From: Octopus sinensis
Lineage: Eukaryota
Length of the DNA: 64,000 nt
Direction: 5' to 3'
NCBI RefSeq assembly: GCF_006345805.1
Contig: NW_021833039.1
Coordinates: forward strand, 22,458 to 86,457
A program made the translations under genes and the position numbers. Numbering within the stretch: position 1 is the stretch's first letter; every line of letters starts with the position of its first letter. Under the pieces are notes generated by a model. It did not search any database and was not told the origin of the DNA. It was given only the letters and a program-made list of their open reading frames with translations. This document shows positions 33,201 to 45,891 of the stretch, in pieces.

Positions 33201-34817
33201 ACCGAATTGTACTCCTCAACCTCACCACTGCAGAGTCTGGTCAATTTGGTGATTAACCTGTCGTTGTGTGATGGAGTGTTGGTGACGTCCTGCGAACATG
33301 TCATTCACAAAAAGTGCATGTCTCGAATTAAAGCCACCCCCAAGTGCTGTCCTCTGTGCTCCACCACCTTCAACTGGGCTACCCCACTCACTAAGAAAAG
33401 GAAACCCGCCTCGAATGCTGACACGCGGAGTGTCCGTGAATGTTTGGAGGACACTTTTGGTGCCGACCTCCGCGACCATCGGGTAGTGCCCTCAATAATG
33501 TCCCAGCTCAAATTGAACAACCTTACCGAGTTTTTTGACGTGGTCACAAACCAACTGCCGGAGAAAGCATACCCTCTCGTCCTCCCCACCTCCGAGGATA
33601 CCATTTCCTGCGTGTTCTCCTCCACCATTCGGTAGTTCTGTGCCCCCTCTATTAAGACAAATATTGGAGTACAGACTGATTTGCCTCAAGACGGATTCCA
33701 CTATCCGGGCATCGGCGAGTTTCCGTTGGTGTCCCCCAACCACGTGCTAGTCGAGTTGTGGTCATTCATGGGAGTGGTTCAGCAGAAGTACACCCACGTG
33801 GAGGACATTCTCCATTTCTTTGACTGTCTGACCATCAACCCGAATGCCTGCGAACTGCCCATTGTGTTTGTCGACCCCATCACCCTCCTACTCGCATTCT
33901 CCCTCAGCATCCCCCTCCATTTACTCGAAAGTAGGTCCTGTGAAATAATCAGAACACTTTCCTCAATTGGTGACCACGTGCTGTCGACTGGCATTCTTCA
34001 AACATGTCGTGTCGGAGGGTCTCTCTCCTAAGGATGTACTCACGTCTTCCCTGGTTTCCGAATCCAACCTGCTAACCCACTTCCTCAAAATCTCCGCCAT
34101 TCTGCAAGCCCTCTTGTTCGGAGTGGAAGCAAACCCTTCCACAACTGACTCGATTGGCGATATTTGTGACATTCTGGGTATTTCCATTTCTGAGGTGAGA
34201 CGGGACACTGCTCGACTGTTTGCGGAATGCACACATTCGGAGGTATTGCTTTATTTGGTCATTCGGTCAGCAGGCTAGTCTCCTCAATGTCGTCCCGGAT
34301 CCTGCTCTCGTTTCTTTGCCGACCCACCTCGTGGACTTGTATGACCTCATTGCAGACAGGGTGTGCTGGCATGACTCCTAGTAGACAGAATAACTCGAGT
34401 TATCCTTTGAGCGGCCTCTGTCTTTTGTGCGGAAGTGTGATGCGTGGTCCTGTGATGAATACTGCATGTGGATGTGTGCATAAGGTATGGACTATGTGGC
34501 AGTGTCCAGCACTTTAAAGTATGCGGACGAGGACGAGGACTGTTTATGCACAACGGAGAGTGCGTGTTCTACGTCAAGAACTACCAGGCAGTAGAATTCC
34601 TCACACTTTACTACGACTCCCATGGTACACTTGTAACTTGGTATACTATCCACTCATTTCGACAGCCATGACCCTAATATATCAGATGGTCAACTTGTTC
34701 AGAGTTTATACGCGACTGTGGTCAAGTATTGGGAAAGAGGGGAACTTGATTTTCTATTCAAATTATCGGGATAACACATTTCTTAAAAAATATGTTTTTG
34801 ATATCCTTCCTATATGA
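30289..34817 (+). CDS. UBR1/2/3-family RING-H2 E3 ubiquitin ligase (no UBR box seen)
   Basis: LEDIADYREP..GHYSLK, split RING-H2 (CVIC...TSCEHVIHKKC...CPLC), C-terminal LCLLCG...CGRGRGLF...LYYDSHG; many micro-introns; exon structure only partly resolved. Confidence 0.8.
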
Positions 34818-34904
34818 TCGTGAGTTTGGTCACTTAGTGTACGTAGGTCATCCAATACGGACAACTGCCCCTTTAAATGGGCATCAATGCAGATAAATCA
34901 ATCA

Positions 34905-36275
34905 AATCAAAATTTATTCCAAAGACCACCGTTAACCAAAAGAAAAACTAACTAGGTGATCCCGACGAATTTGATCATTGCTCTCAGCTTCGCTCTGTGC
35001 TGCTCTCTTGAGCCCACACAAGATCGTTGAGGGCGGATCGTTCCTTTATACCATTGATGCTCTTTTATATTCTTCTCAATGAGAGTTTCGAAAGAGATTG
35101 GTGGTTTGATAGCTTCACCTGTATACCACCTTTCGGTAAGTTGAAAGCTCTTTTCTGGGTTGCGGAGATTTTACGAATGTTTGTATTCGAAATCAGTGGC
35201 CCCCATGAGGCACAAACATATGAGATACATGGTTCGATATACTGTGAGTAGAGTGTTTTAAGTATAGGGTGATTTCCCATTTTCCATAGACCAGTTAGGC
35301 ATTTCAGGAGGTTGATTTTCTTTTCACATTTGTTCAACACATTTGTGACATGTTTAGAGAAGTTCATGTGCGTGTCATAAGTTAATCCCAATATCTTTTG
35401 CCATTTGCTGAAAGGTAATACTCTTCCCTCCACAACAACTTCGATTGAAGTTTTCGATAGTCTTTTGGCTGAGGAGTAGAGAGTTGTGACAGATTTTTCT
35501 GTGTTGATCGACATCCGGTTTACGTTAAACCACTCAACTAGGTGATCCAGGTTTTGTTGTAATCTTCCTTTTGCTGTTTGGATGTTCTGGTCCCGTGATG
35601 CCAATACAATGTCATCTGCATAGGCCAGCAGCAGATCGTCATGCCATTAGGCTTCGGAATATCGGCCGTAAACAAATTGAATAGGAAAGGTGATAATGGT
35701 GAGCCCTGGGGTACACCATTTGGGAATAGACGGGAAATGGAACGAATGTTTCCAAAGCATACTCTTCCTCTTCGACCGCTGAGGAAGTTAGTCAACCAGA
35801 GTTTGAGGTCTTCAGGGATGTTTGATTGGTAGATTTTCTATGCTAGGTTTTTTCTAGGCACAGCGTCGAAGGCTTTGTGGATCTCCAGCGAACAAAGTAC
35901 AGTTTTCTGATGTCTTGGCTTACACGAAATGCCAGAATGGATAAAGTTAGTCAAGGAGCTAAGGAAGCTTGCAGTGGAACAATCTTTTTTGAATCCATGT
36001 TGGAAAGCCTTGTTGGGAATGCTGTTAATGATTTTTGTGAGGATGAGTTTTTCCAGAGTTTTTGACATGGAACATAATAGGGAAATTGGCCTGAAGGAGG
36101 CCGGCTCTTGTTTTGGTTTTCCACTCTTCAAAATTGGGCGGATGTTTTCCAATTTCCAAATCGTTAGGATTGAGTTGTAGTTAATCGACCAATTGTAGAT
36201 TTTTATGAGAACACTGATTCCCTCATTCCCTATGTTTTTCAGGAGAATTATAGGAATGCCGTCGGGACCATGTGA
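34905..36275 (-). mobile_element. 5'-truncated LINE (RT), GIT-stop family, decayed
   Basis: GPDGIP, SFRPISLL, HGFKK, KAFDAV, PQGSPLSP, AYADD; stops and frameshifts; ends VGIT*. Confidence 0.93.
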
Positions 36276-36968
36276 ATATCAGACCATTATTTCGAGAATG
36301 CAATGAAATAATGATATTTAACAAATAAAATCCTATTAAACCAAAATTTGCTTAGTTTTTTTGAACTATCTAATTCAATCCTTTAATCCAAATTGTTGTA
36401 TAAAGTGTTTAAAGTGTCCTTTGGTTAATAAAGTGTTTAAAGTGTTTGTGACCTCTCTTTTTTTTCTAAAATACTTTCTTACATATCTTCATTAAAGGGT
36501 TCTTCAGCATATTTTTTTAGGGTTCATTGGGATATCTTCGCGAGATCAGTAACAGAGGCGTTTCATTTGTACTTTTGTTGTCTTCGAAAATGTATGGTCT
36601 GCTGAACTTAAACCTTCGATACAGTCGACGTATCTACTTGGTTTTCAACATTTGGTGTAACTGACTGAAGAGAATCTCTAATTTTCTTTTTTCATTCACA
36701 GGCACATACAGTCTACTATTTCATTGTGTCTTGGAGGCAATTTTTGTTTAACATTTTACCATATTGAGCGGCAACCGTTTTTTTGCTTCTCTTAAATTAT
36801 ACATCTAAAGCAAGTAAATTTTATCAGATTTTTGAATGCGGTGATGATGCAATTATTTAAAGTATTTATCACATTCTTAAAGTTCGAGAATTGAAATGGA
36901 TAGAAAGCATTAAAAGAAATAGACATAAATTAAATATCGAACGAGAAATTATTCATTAAAACAGATCA

Positions 36969-38735
36969 TTAGGGGGCCCTTTGATCAGAAGATTGTGAAA
37001 CATGAAAGTGGACTGCGAGCCAATTGCCTTCGACGCGTTGCCACACAATAGTCTGGACAAATCGAACACAACTCACTCCGTACAACACCGACCTAACACT
37101 TTGAGCAATTATCCAACTCATCCTGTCGACGCAGAATGGAGACGAGTGTTATGACCGCGCTGTTGTCTGACAGAATGCGCACGTTGGGGAGCTCCACCGA
37201 CGACACCATGGGGATTGTGGCTGTCCGTTAAGACAAATAAAACTGAGTTTAAACTGCGATTGATAGTATTCGCGAGCACACACGAGAATACCCCCAGTGT
37301 GCATGTCCAGCAGTGTCGCGTCCTTGGAAACGAGTTTACTGAAATGTAAAATAGAAAGACCACCGAAAAGTGTCACTGTCGCTCTCAGCAATGCAATTTA
37401 CCAACTGATTAGACAATCTGATTATTTCGTCCGGGGGAGGCGCAGGATGCACTTTCTTGTCACCAGAATTGTTAGTCAGCTTATCTAGGAATACTCAACA
37501 GCAAGGTACTGAGGGTGACGCTCTTGGTCGCGAAAAGTGTCGACAGAATGGCAACCTGGGACTAGAAAGGTCTCCCTCTCACCTTTAGTTTCCGCCTGGC
37601 GTTGAATTTTTTGAGTTGGTTGAGAGTGGCCTGGCGGTGGAAAGCGGGGATGATGTTATCCGCATTCTGGCCGAATTAGGCGAGGACAAACAGCAATCCA
37701 GGGCAGTTTGAGGACATCGGCTGCTGTGAACCGTTCTTTGGCGTCAACGTTGAGCAAATTCTTGATGATGTACTTTGCTTCCTCGGAAACCAAATCCCAC
37801 TCGGGGGAAGGGAACTGGAATAAGGGAGGTGGCTACATTGACAATCCCCGACTTGATCTGTCTGAACAGCCCCTTGGACGTGTCGTCCCAGAAGGGAGGA
37901 TACCCAGCCAGGAGAATGTACATGACCACTCCCGCCGCCCAGTTGTCCACGGGGAAGGAGTAGGGCACCTTGGACACCACCTCGGGGGACAGGTAGCCGG
38001 GAGTGCCAGCCAGACCAGGAATGAGTGGACAAGACAACCATGCCAGGCGGGAGCACCCGTGGACTCGACGGCCAGCCCAAAGTCGGCAATCTTGAGGACA
38101 GCGTCGCGGTCTTTGGAGGAGAGGAGGAGGTTTTCGGGCTGTGGTTAAGTGAGGGCGTGCCTTGAGGTCTCGGTGGACTATTTTCATGGAGTGGAAGTAG
38201 GCGATGCCGGAGAGGAGTTGTTTCATGCAGCGACTGAGGGTGAGTGTGGGACATACCTCGCGTCGGCCTCGCTGTAAAAGTCCCTGGCGACAATGTCATC
38301 GAACAACTCGCCTCCACTCACCCTGGGAATGAGGACTGGACGTACAGTTCGAGGATGATGTAGAACATTCTCTTGGACATGATTGCGTCACACAACTCGA
38401 CTGTGCGTGAGGGGGAGGACTCACCAATGTTCTCGTGCTTCAGTTTCCGACATATCCGCACTTCCCGCTCTATTTTCTGGAAGTCTGCAATGTCCCACAT
38501 CACTTACCGCGCAGGGGCAACTTTTCCGTGTTGAATATTTTGGCGGCCATGTTTTTTCTGGTGGCAATGTGAACGCAGTTCTTGACCACCGAGAAGGCCC
38601 CTCTAACGTTGACAGAGCGCAGTACTTTCCGATTTGGCTGCCCAGTTGGTAGCGACTCTCGAACTCGTCATCAGACTTGGACAAACAGGTAGAGGTGAAC
38701 ATTCTAGAATGTTTAGGAATATCGTCGTAGGCCAT
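36969..38735 (-). CDS. CAMK2: Calcium/calmodulin-dependent protein kinase II
   Basis: GK|GAFSVV, HRDLK|PEN, DFG, AGTPGYLSPEV, regulatory HRQATLNQLKKFNARRKLK|VAILST, hub domain ending W..VHFH. Confidence 0.95.
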
Positions 38736-38950
38736 TTATGCTCATGACCTGCGCAGTGACGCAGTTTAGAATTATGAGAACAAGAAAAAGGCCGAACCGA
38801 AAATGGAATCTATTGGTTTATGCATAAATTATTCCTTTTATTGGATCGTTCTGACATAAACAATTATAATCAAAACCAATCCAATTTCAACATTGACAAT
38901 ATGCCACAGTTTATCGATTGGAATGCAGAAAATGAATTCACAAAACAGAG

Positions 38951-41440
38951 TTAGTGATCATACAGTCGGGAGTATCGGGCGAGTGTCCACAGAGGGAACA
39001 CATTCCGGTAACTGTTGTAGGAAATGGCACAATTCTCGTTGAACACTCCCGACACGTTTTCCTACACTATTTGCCCCACTCCACCTGCGGCCAATCCCCG
39101 TTCGGGAGTTGTCGACTCTTCAGGAGGGACACGCCCCTTTCGATGACGGACACATTGGGGAACCTACAATGTGGACAACTCCTACTTGACAGCCATCAGT
39201 CCCAGCAGGACGAAGGACGTGTTGACGACCTGCGAGGTGGAGGACGACACGTACTTCCTCAACTCACAACTCTCGAATTCCTCCCCCCACCCTCCGTCGG
39301 CCAACTGTCTCTCCAACATGAAGACAACTCCCTTGGTCAACTCCAGCAGGGGGGCACTGCAATGGTCGGCCTACACTCACCCGTCCACACACGTCCTCCC
39401 GTACTCCCCAAAGAACTCCATGGCGAACCAGAAGGCGTAGGTGAAGCACACTCCCCACGACCTACGATGAGGGAGGACACCCACCCAATCCACGACCCGT
39501 CCGGCCTCTGCTTCTTTCGGATAAAGTCAAAGCCGGCATCGACCACCCTCCTGACAGGTGAGTGCCACACACAACTTGATGTCCTCTCCTCGGTAGTCGG
39601 GGAACTCCCTGTGGAACTTGAGGAGTCCTCTGAGGGCAGCACTCGTGCACTCCACGAAGGTGTAGTCGATCATTATATTCCCAAACACCTCCGAAGGGTT
39701 GAACAACTCCAGCAGGCGTCCCCCTCGCTGTCTCTCGTAGGAGGCGAATCCCCCGTCCCCACAAACCATGTCCATAATCTGTCGTCGAGTGAGGGGAGTA
39801 CACAGTCCACGCAGTCTCTCAGTCTCCCCAATCCCGCCTGAGGGAGGCAACTATATTTCCTGCACAGAACAAGAAGAGCCAGTCCCTCCCCAGTGCAGTC
39901 ACTGATTATGTACGAGTAGTCGTTAGTCGAGAAGGGAAACCCCCCTTTATTCCGCTGGCGATAGAACTTGGCATAGTCGGGGGGGTTGTCCTCGATTTGC
40001 GAGTCAATCACCCACTCCACTCCTCTTCTCACACTCTCCACTATTTCCGGGTGGTCCTCCATGTCCTTCATCTACCAAACACACGGCCTCCTCAACCTCC
40101 AACATGGCCAGACATGCAAACACGGTGTCCCAGAACTGAGACCCGTTCGTCCCCTGCGAGTGAGCCCGACCAGTACCCCCATTTTCATGCCGTCCACCCC
40201 CAGCCACAAAAAGTCGTCCAGTCGGTCGACGTGTCTCTGAAAGGCCAGCATGTCCCCCCTGTGCCACCGGACGAGCATGTTCATGCACTTGGATATCTGC
40301 CAGTCAACACACAACCCCACCGGCCCCACTCCGATGTAGTCCGTGAACGTGTCCTCCGCACAGATATGCTCGTATATCACTTCCAAACTCCTCTTCCGGA
40401 TGGACGGCCAGTGGAGTGCCTCGTACAGGTTGGCCAGTCCGTGGAAGCAGCGAAGGGGGAGGGAGTGAGGAGTGTACAGGTCACTCTCGGCCACGTTCAT
40501 TCGATTGGCAGTCCACTGAATTGGCTCGAATGGGCCATCGGGGAATAACTCCTGGAATAGGAGAGGAAGGCAACCGATCGGAGTTGGAGGATGAGGTCGT
40601 CGAGGGGGGCAGTGATCCTGAGGGCATAGCAGTAGCTCATAGCAATGTAGATGACTCGACAGTGACACCACATCTTGGACGGGTGGAATGGCAACCACTC
40701 GGGGAGGAGCCTTCCTTTACTCGAATAGGCCAACCACAACTCGGGGAGGACTGCGTTGAATCCATCCCAATCATAGCAATTGAGCACTCCCAACCAAAAC
40801 TTGCCCCAACTGGGAATTCCCAGAGTGCCCCCCAGTCGAGCCACAACAGCTCTGCCTCTGCACATGATGTCCTCCCCACTCTCCACTCCCAGCAGACGGA
40901 GGGACACGTAGTTCAGCACAGTCCCCAGCACTGTGGGCGGGGAACAGATGTGTCTACTCTTAATTGGAGGAATCGTACAGTCCCCACCCACCCGACGGAC
41001 ACTCGACTGACCGCAGATATCGAATCATCTCCGCCTTCTTCTCCGCACACAGTTCGACCTTTGTGATGTAGCACACAATGAGCATTCCTTCCGTGTGGGG
41101 GGAGACCAACCAGCCATCAGGAAGAGTGGCCCGCCGTAGTCGTACGCCCAATGTCCATCAGTCGCCTGAATGGCTCGCATGAAGAGTGCTGCGTGTTCGG
41201 CATGTTCTCCCGCTGTCGTGGGGTGTCTCGCTGTCGTCATGTCTTGGATGCTCAGCCCCACCGAGTGTCTCTCCAAAATGCTCTGCTGTTCGACATTGTC
41301 CTGTGGGTAGTAGAACCACCGCTGTCGTCCTTCCAATTATATCCTCCCCACCTACCGCGCTCGCAAAGCAGTCTCCACCGAGTCAGGTCAGTCGCCGGCT
41401 CCGTTTTGTGCGGCCCTCCGTAATTTCGTTCTCTCGACAT
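38951..41440 (-). CDS. LSS: Oxidosqualene cyclase (lanosterol synthase family)
   Basis: [44 protein letters not shown]|[29 protein letters not shown] repeats, YRNVFPLW. Confidence 0.96.
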
Positions 41441-41965
41441 CACGCTAAGAGACTATTTGTCTATTTTAGATAGTATTGTTTTTATCACTAATTTATTTTC
41501 GTTTAAACAAAATTTAATGATTAATACTTTAACGAATCTTTTCGCCAAACAGGAAAGACTACTAGTCAAACTGAAATTCTGAAGATTTCCGTGAACCAAA
41601 CCCCCTTAAACGAATACGGCCTGGGAACATATTAGTGAGGAATGAGTCCTTTGATTGCATAAACACATTTCGCGGCTCTCTGTCTCCCATGTTTTGTAGC
41701 TGTTGTCAGAAATGTCCGAGAATACGATAATATTTTACTTCTTAACGTGTCTCAGTAATATGTCCTCTCTCAATTATTAGGAAAGCTATGCTTGGCGAAG
41801 ACATAAACTGTATGAGCTAATATATCGCATCCTTGTCCTATCTGAGGACTCTGGCGTGCAGTTAATGACCCACAGAGGCTCTTAGTAAATACCCGATAAA
41901 TACTTTTTACTGACCCAACAAACCCATCCTAATTAATTTTGTCGACTCCCCACACTAAGAGGCGA

Positions 41966-42453
41966 CTAATTGTAAGAATTGAGGCTGTTATTAGAAATAA
42001 TGCCCAAAATAATGTTCAGGCTTATAGTCTGGCCAATATTCCCACATCTCGGTCGACGAGTAGTCGTAGGTGGACTGATATTCTGTCGGAGTGGAATGAA
42101 GTGTATCTCCGTAGTACCCACTGTCCCCAGACACATCCGCATATTCCGCGAATTTGAGGTTGCCGTGTTGAGCCGCCGCCTTTTTGCTTTTCCTGTCCTT
42201 GGCCCGCCTGTTCTGGAACCAGACCTACCGACATGTTCACAAGTCAAACCTGGATCCTCCCTTCAGAGAGGTTAATGAACTGGGAAAGACGTTCTCTGAC
42301 GAATATGTCGGGGTACTGTGTTTCCGTGTATGATTTTTCCAGCTCCTCAAGCTGATGTTGACTGAAGGCAGTTCGATGTCTCCGACGTCCCAGGAGAGCA
42401 GGACGGGGTTTGGTGTGTGGAATGGAATGAGAGTCATTACTGGTTGGTTCCAT
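41966..42453 (-). CDS. PRD-class Q50 homeobox protein (Prop-like)
   Basis: [46 protein letters not shown]|[12 protein letters not shown]; 25-nt intron 42225-42249. Confidence 0.92.
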
Positions 42454-43471
42454 TGGGAGTCATCAGAGTGCTAATATTATATACTAAATTGAATTAGTTA
42501 ATCAATGTGCCGCCTCCTTTGATCAGTGTGACAATAAAAAACTGACAAAAGTAATGTTCGTAACTCACATTCTAATATAACTTTTCATTAATTGGCAGTC
42601 AGTCCAGCCAAATGCATCAACTCACTATTATACTAACACACGAAAACAATAAGCCACTAATTGTCCAAATATAACATTTCTTTGATCAAAGACATACGTG
42701 ACTTTATTTTCCTCTCATGATCCTCGCTTTTTGAGATGACGTGGAAAAATACTATAAACTACTGCATTTTTAATTTTTTTAGAAACATATTTTCTTTCAC
42801 CGAGTGCGACTTTTTCAGCTGAGAATTCCTGAATGTTGGCAATCTTTAGAACAGCACTGTCAAAACAAACTAATTCGAGAAGCACGAGGTGAGCGTCAAA
42901 TTGACCATACAAGTGAAGCAAAATTATAATAAATAATTTCATCACTTTGGTCTTTATTTGAAACTCAATTTCTCATGTTGATATAACTTGTGAATGTACT
43001 GACCAACTATCTTTGAATGAACGGAGAGTCATTATTGAAGATTCTTGCTTGACGTCTTTACTCACAAACTTTTTTCTATCCCTACCGAAGTATCCGGAGT
43101 GCACACTGTAGGGGACAACAGAAAACAGGATAAAGAATATCCTCAAGCACGTCTATGTGCTCTTTTAACTTAACAATCCTGTCCAAAGGACTGAAAGTGT
43201 TTATCCCCTGCGCGTGTCTGGACAAATTCGTAGCCTTCTACAATAACTCGTTCACAGTACTTTGCATGGTAGACTGAACTCCGAGTATCAGTGGCATTTT
43301 AAAACAAAACACTAACTGTTTGCAGCGAAAACAAAAAAATATTTCGTCTGTATAATGAAGACTCCTCGAGGCAGTACTGATGAAAATCATAGTGAGATGG
43401 GCATACTCCTTTGACTAAAGGGATTATTGTTTAACTAAAAAAGTATAAAAAATTAAATTAAAAATCGTGTC

Positions 43472-44145
43472 ATGTTAGTGCGACCAAATGTATTCCTCAA
43501 ACGGGCTGTCCGCGACTTTAATTTACTAAGTTCGGTCGTGTATAGCAGTCCCCTGTCGGTGGTGTTCAATCCTTCCTGGAAGTACAGAAAGTCGGTATTG
43601 CTCAATGTGAGAGGCAGGTCATCAAGCCGGCGGCCATCACACTCTACACGCACACTCTCTGTGCAGTCAACAAAGAATACTTACGGAAGGGTACTCCCTT
43701 CGCCGTGTTTAGGCCTGCGAATGCCGGAGACCTTCTCCTCCTGGTTCAAACTCATGGTCCTGTTCACGTGGTTTGTGTGTGTTCTCCATGCAGGATTGTC
43801 ACTCGCCGAATGAGGGAGGAAGGAGTGCGGGGGCGCATGTTCAACCACTTTTACTGCAACACCTTCTGGTTCGACGTGGCCAACATTCTCAAGTCCTTTC
43901 CTGTACGATTGCCTGTGTATTCAGGACACTCCCCACACACACGTCAGGGATGTCACCAAACAGTGCAAGGCAGAGTTTCACGAAAGTATGCTCGCCTACC
44001 AATCGGTCGCCTTTTTTATCATTTTCAGAGCTTTTTCGATTCTGACATATTCTACAACTATTTGAGCAAATACTTACTCGAATATGCCCAAAAGGACAGC
44101 CTGGACAAGAGGACTGTCCTCGCATATGTCTCCCACCAAGTTTAG
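43472..44145 (+). CDS. UQCC1: Ubiquinol-cytochrome c reductase chaperone (CBP3/UQCC1)
   Basis: FSSWFKLMVLFTW..RRMREEGVRG....FWFDV resembles the UQCC1 core; basic N-terminus compatible with mitochondrial targeting. Confidence 0.65.
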
Positions 44146-44388
44146 AACATTTTCCATTCGATAGGCTGACCGGATTGGTGGAGTGTCCCCTACTTGTTTG
44201 CTGGGGTCGGGTCGTTTTGAGTTTTCTGACATGATCACTAAACGTTGATGTGTTGCTGTCTTTTTAAATCTAAGTTGTCAATAAATGCAGGTGTTGTGAT
44301 CGAAGAAGTAATATCTAAATTATTATTAATACTAAACTATTGTCTGGCAAACCCATTATTTCAATTATGACAATAAAATCTTGTTTCA

Positions 44389-45860
44389 ATGCAACTTTTT
44401 GTTTTTATTTTGGCTACAGTTCGGGGCTGGTCTCAGAATATCCAAGAATTACAAGTAGAGTATGAGACGAGGTGGTTCGAGACGATGGTCGTGTTTCCCT
44501 TTTAATGAAGAACAGGTGGACCATTATGGCTACTACAACAACGACTCGTTCAATTTGAAATATCTGTACTCGGATAAATACTACAAGCCCGGTGGTCCCG
44601 TGTTGTTCTATCCGGGGAATGAAGGAGCAGTGGAGACATTTGCCCAAAATACTGTAATGCTTATGTTCCACTCCCGAGGGGTTCATTTGGGAGTACGCCC
44701 CAGTCTTGAACGCCACCGTGGTCTTCGCAGAACACCGTTATTACGGAGAGTCGGTGCCCTACGGCAACCTCTCGACACTGGACTACCTGACCATCGAACA
44801 GGCCTTGTCCGACTATGTGCATCTCCTCTCCAGTCTGTTCCCGGTGGACACCAAAATAATCGCAATCGGTGGGTCGTACGGGGGACTGTTGAGTGCGTGG
44901 CTGAGGATGAAGTACCCCCAGTACATAGCCGGGTAGGGTGTGTGCACTACTCAGGGCCATTGCGTCATCCGCGCCTTTATACTTGTCCAACGAACTCGGC
45001 GACTGTTCCCGTCCCTACGAGACCATCACCAACAGTTTCCGTCAGGCTAACAAACACTCCCCGCAAAACATCAAAAGGCTGTGGAAACTGCTGGAGGAGG
45101 CGGGTAGGGCCGGCAGTTCGATTATAGACACCGCATACTTGTTGGGGAGATTAAACTTGTGCAACAATACTGATAACCATTTACTGTACAATGTGCTCAA
45201 TATATTCTTCTACTCGGCAATGTTCAACTACCCGACCACATCCACATTCGTGACTGCCCTGCCCCCCAACCCAGTCAATGTACGCTCGTAATCATTTCCA
45301 GTTGATTGGAGGATTCTTTTCGAAGCCGGACTTGGAGGAGGACGAGCTAATCGACGCCCTCGCATCGACAATCAATTTGTATTTCAATTACTCAGGAAAT
45401 AGCTTGGAGTGCATTAATCCTGACGTGGACGAAAACGTGGTGTGGATTTATCAGGTTGGCAATGTGGAGGGACGAGTAGGTCTGCACTCAACTGACAGAA
45501 CACATTTGCTCGGTCGAAAGTGACACGAACATGTTTCCGACTCTGAATTATAACTTGTCTTTTATTAACACAATCTGTCATGAGAAGTACGGCGTTACTC
45601 CCCGGATAAAATGGCTGGCGAGGGAATACAACCTGCACGACATGACAGCTTACAGCAACATTGTATTCAGCAATGGAGAATTGGATCCGTGGTATGGAAT
45701 GGGAGTGTTGGAGGACATCAACGAGAGTGTCATCTCCGTTTTGATCGAGGGGGGAGCTCACCACTCTGACTTGATGCAGTCCTCACCCTCCGACTCGCAG
45801 AGTGTGATCGAGGCCAGGAGAAAGGAAATGGAAATGATGCAGAAATGGATTACAAACTGA
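44389..45860 (+). CDS. PRCP: Lysosomal Pro-X carboxypeptidase (peptidase S28)
   Basis: Signal peptide, VDHY, FY.GNEG, FAEHRYYGES.P, GGSYGG nucleophile, NGELDPW, GAHHSDL. DPP7 not excluded. Confidence 0.92.
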
Positions 45861-45891
45861 ACTAACCAACTCAATAAACATATTTAACAGG

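Noticed and set aside
36969-38735. CaMKII as a novelty
   Set aside because: Catalytic motifs, the T286-equivalent (HRQAT), the CaM-binding segment and the hub are all conventional.
38951-41440. Recent bacterial horizontal transfer of the cyclase or of Merlin/IS1595
   Set aside because: The cyclase has an animal-like N-terminus and many introns; Merlin is an established eukaryotic superfamily.
42715-43420. Small spliced minus-strand gene
   Set aside because: Micro-intron-like segments are present but no consistent full-length frame or family was obtained.
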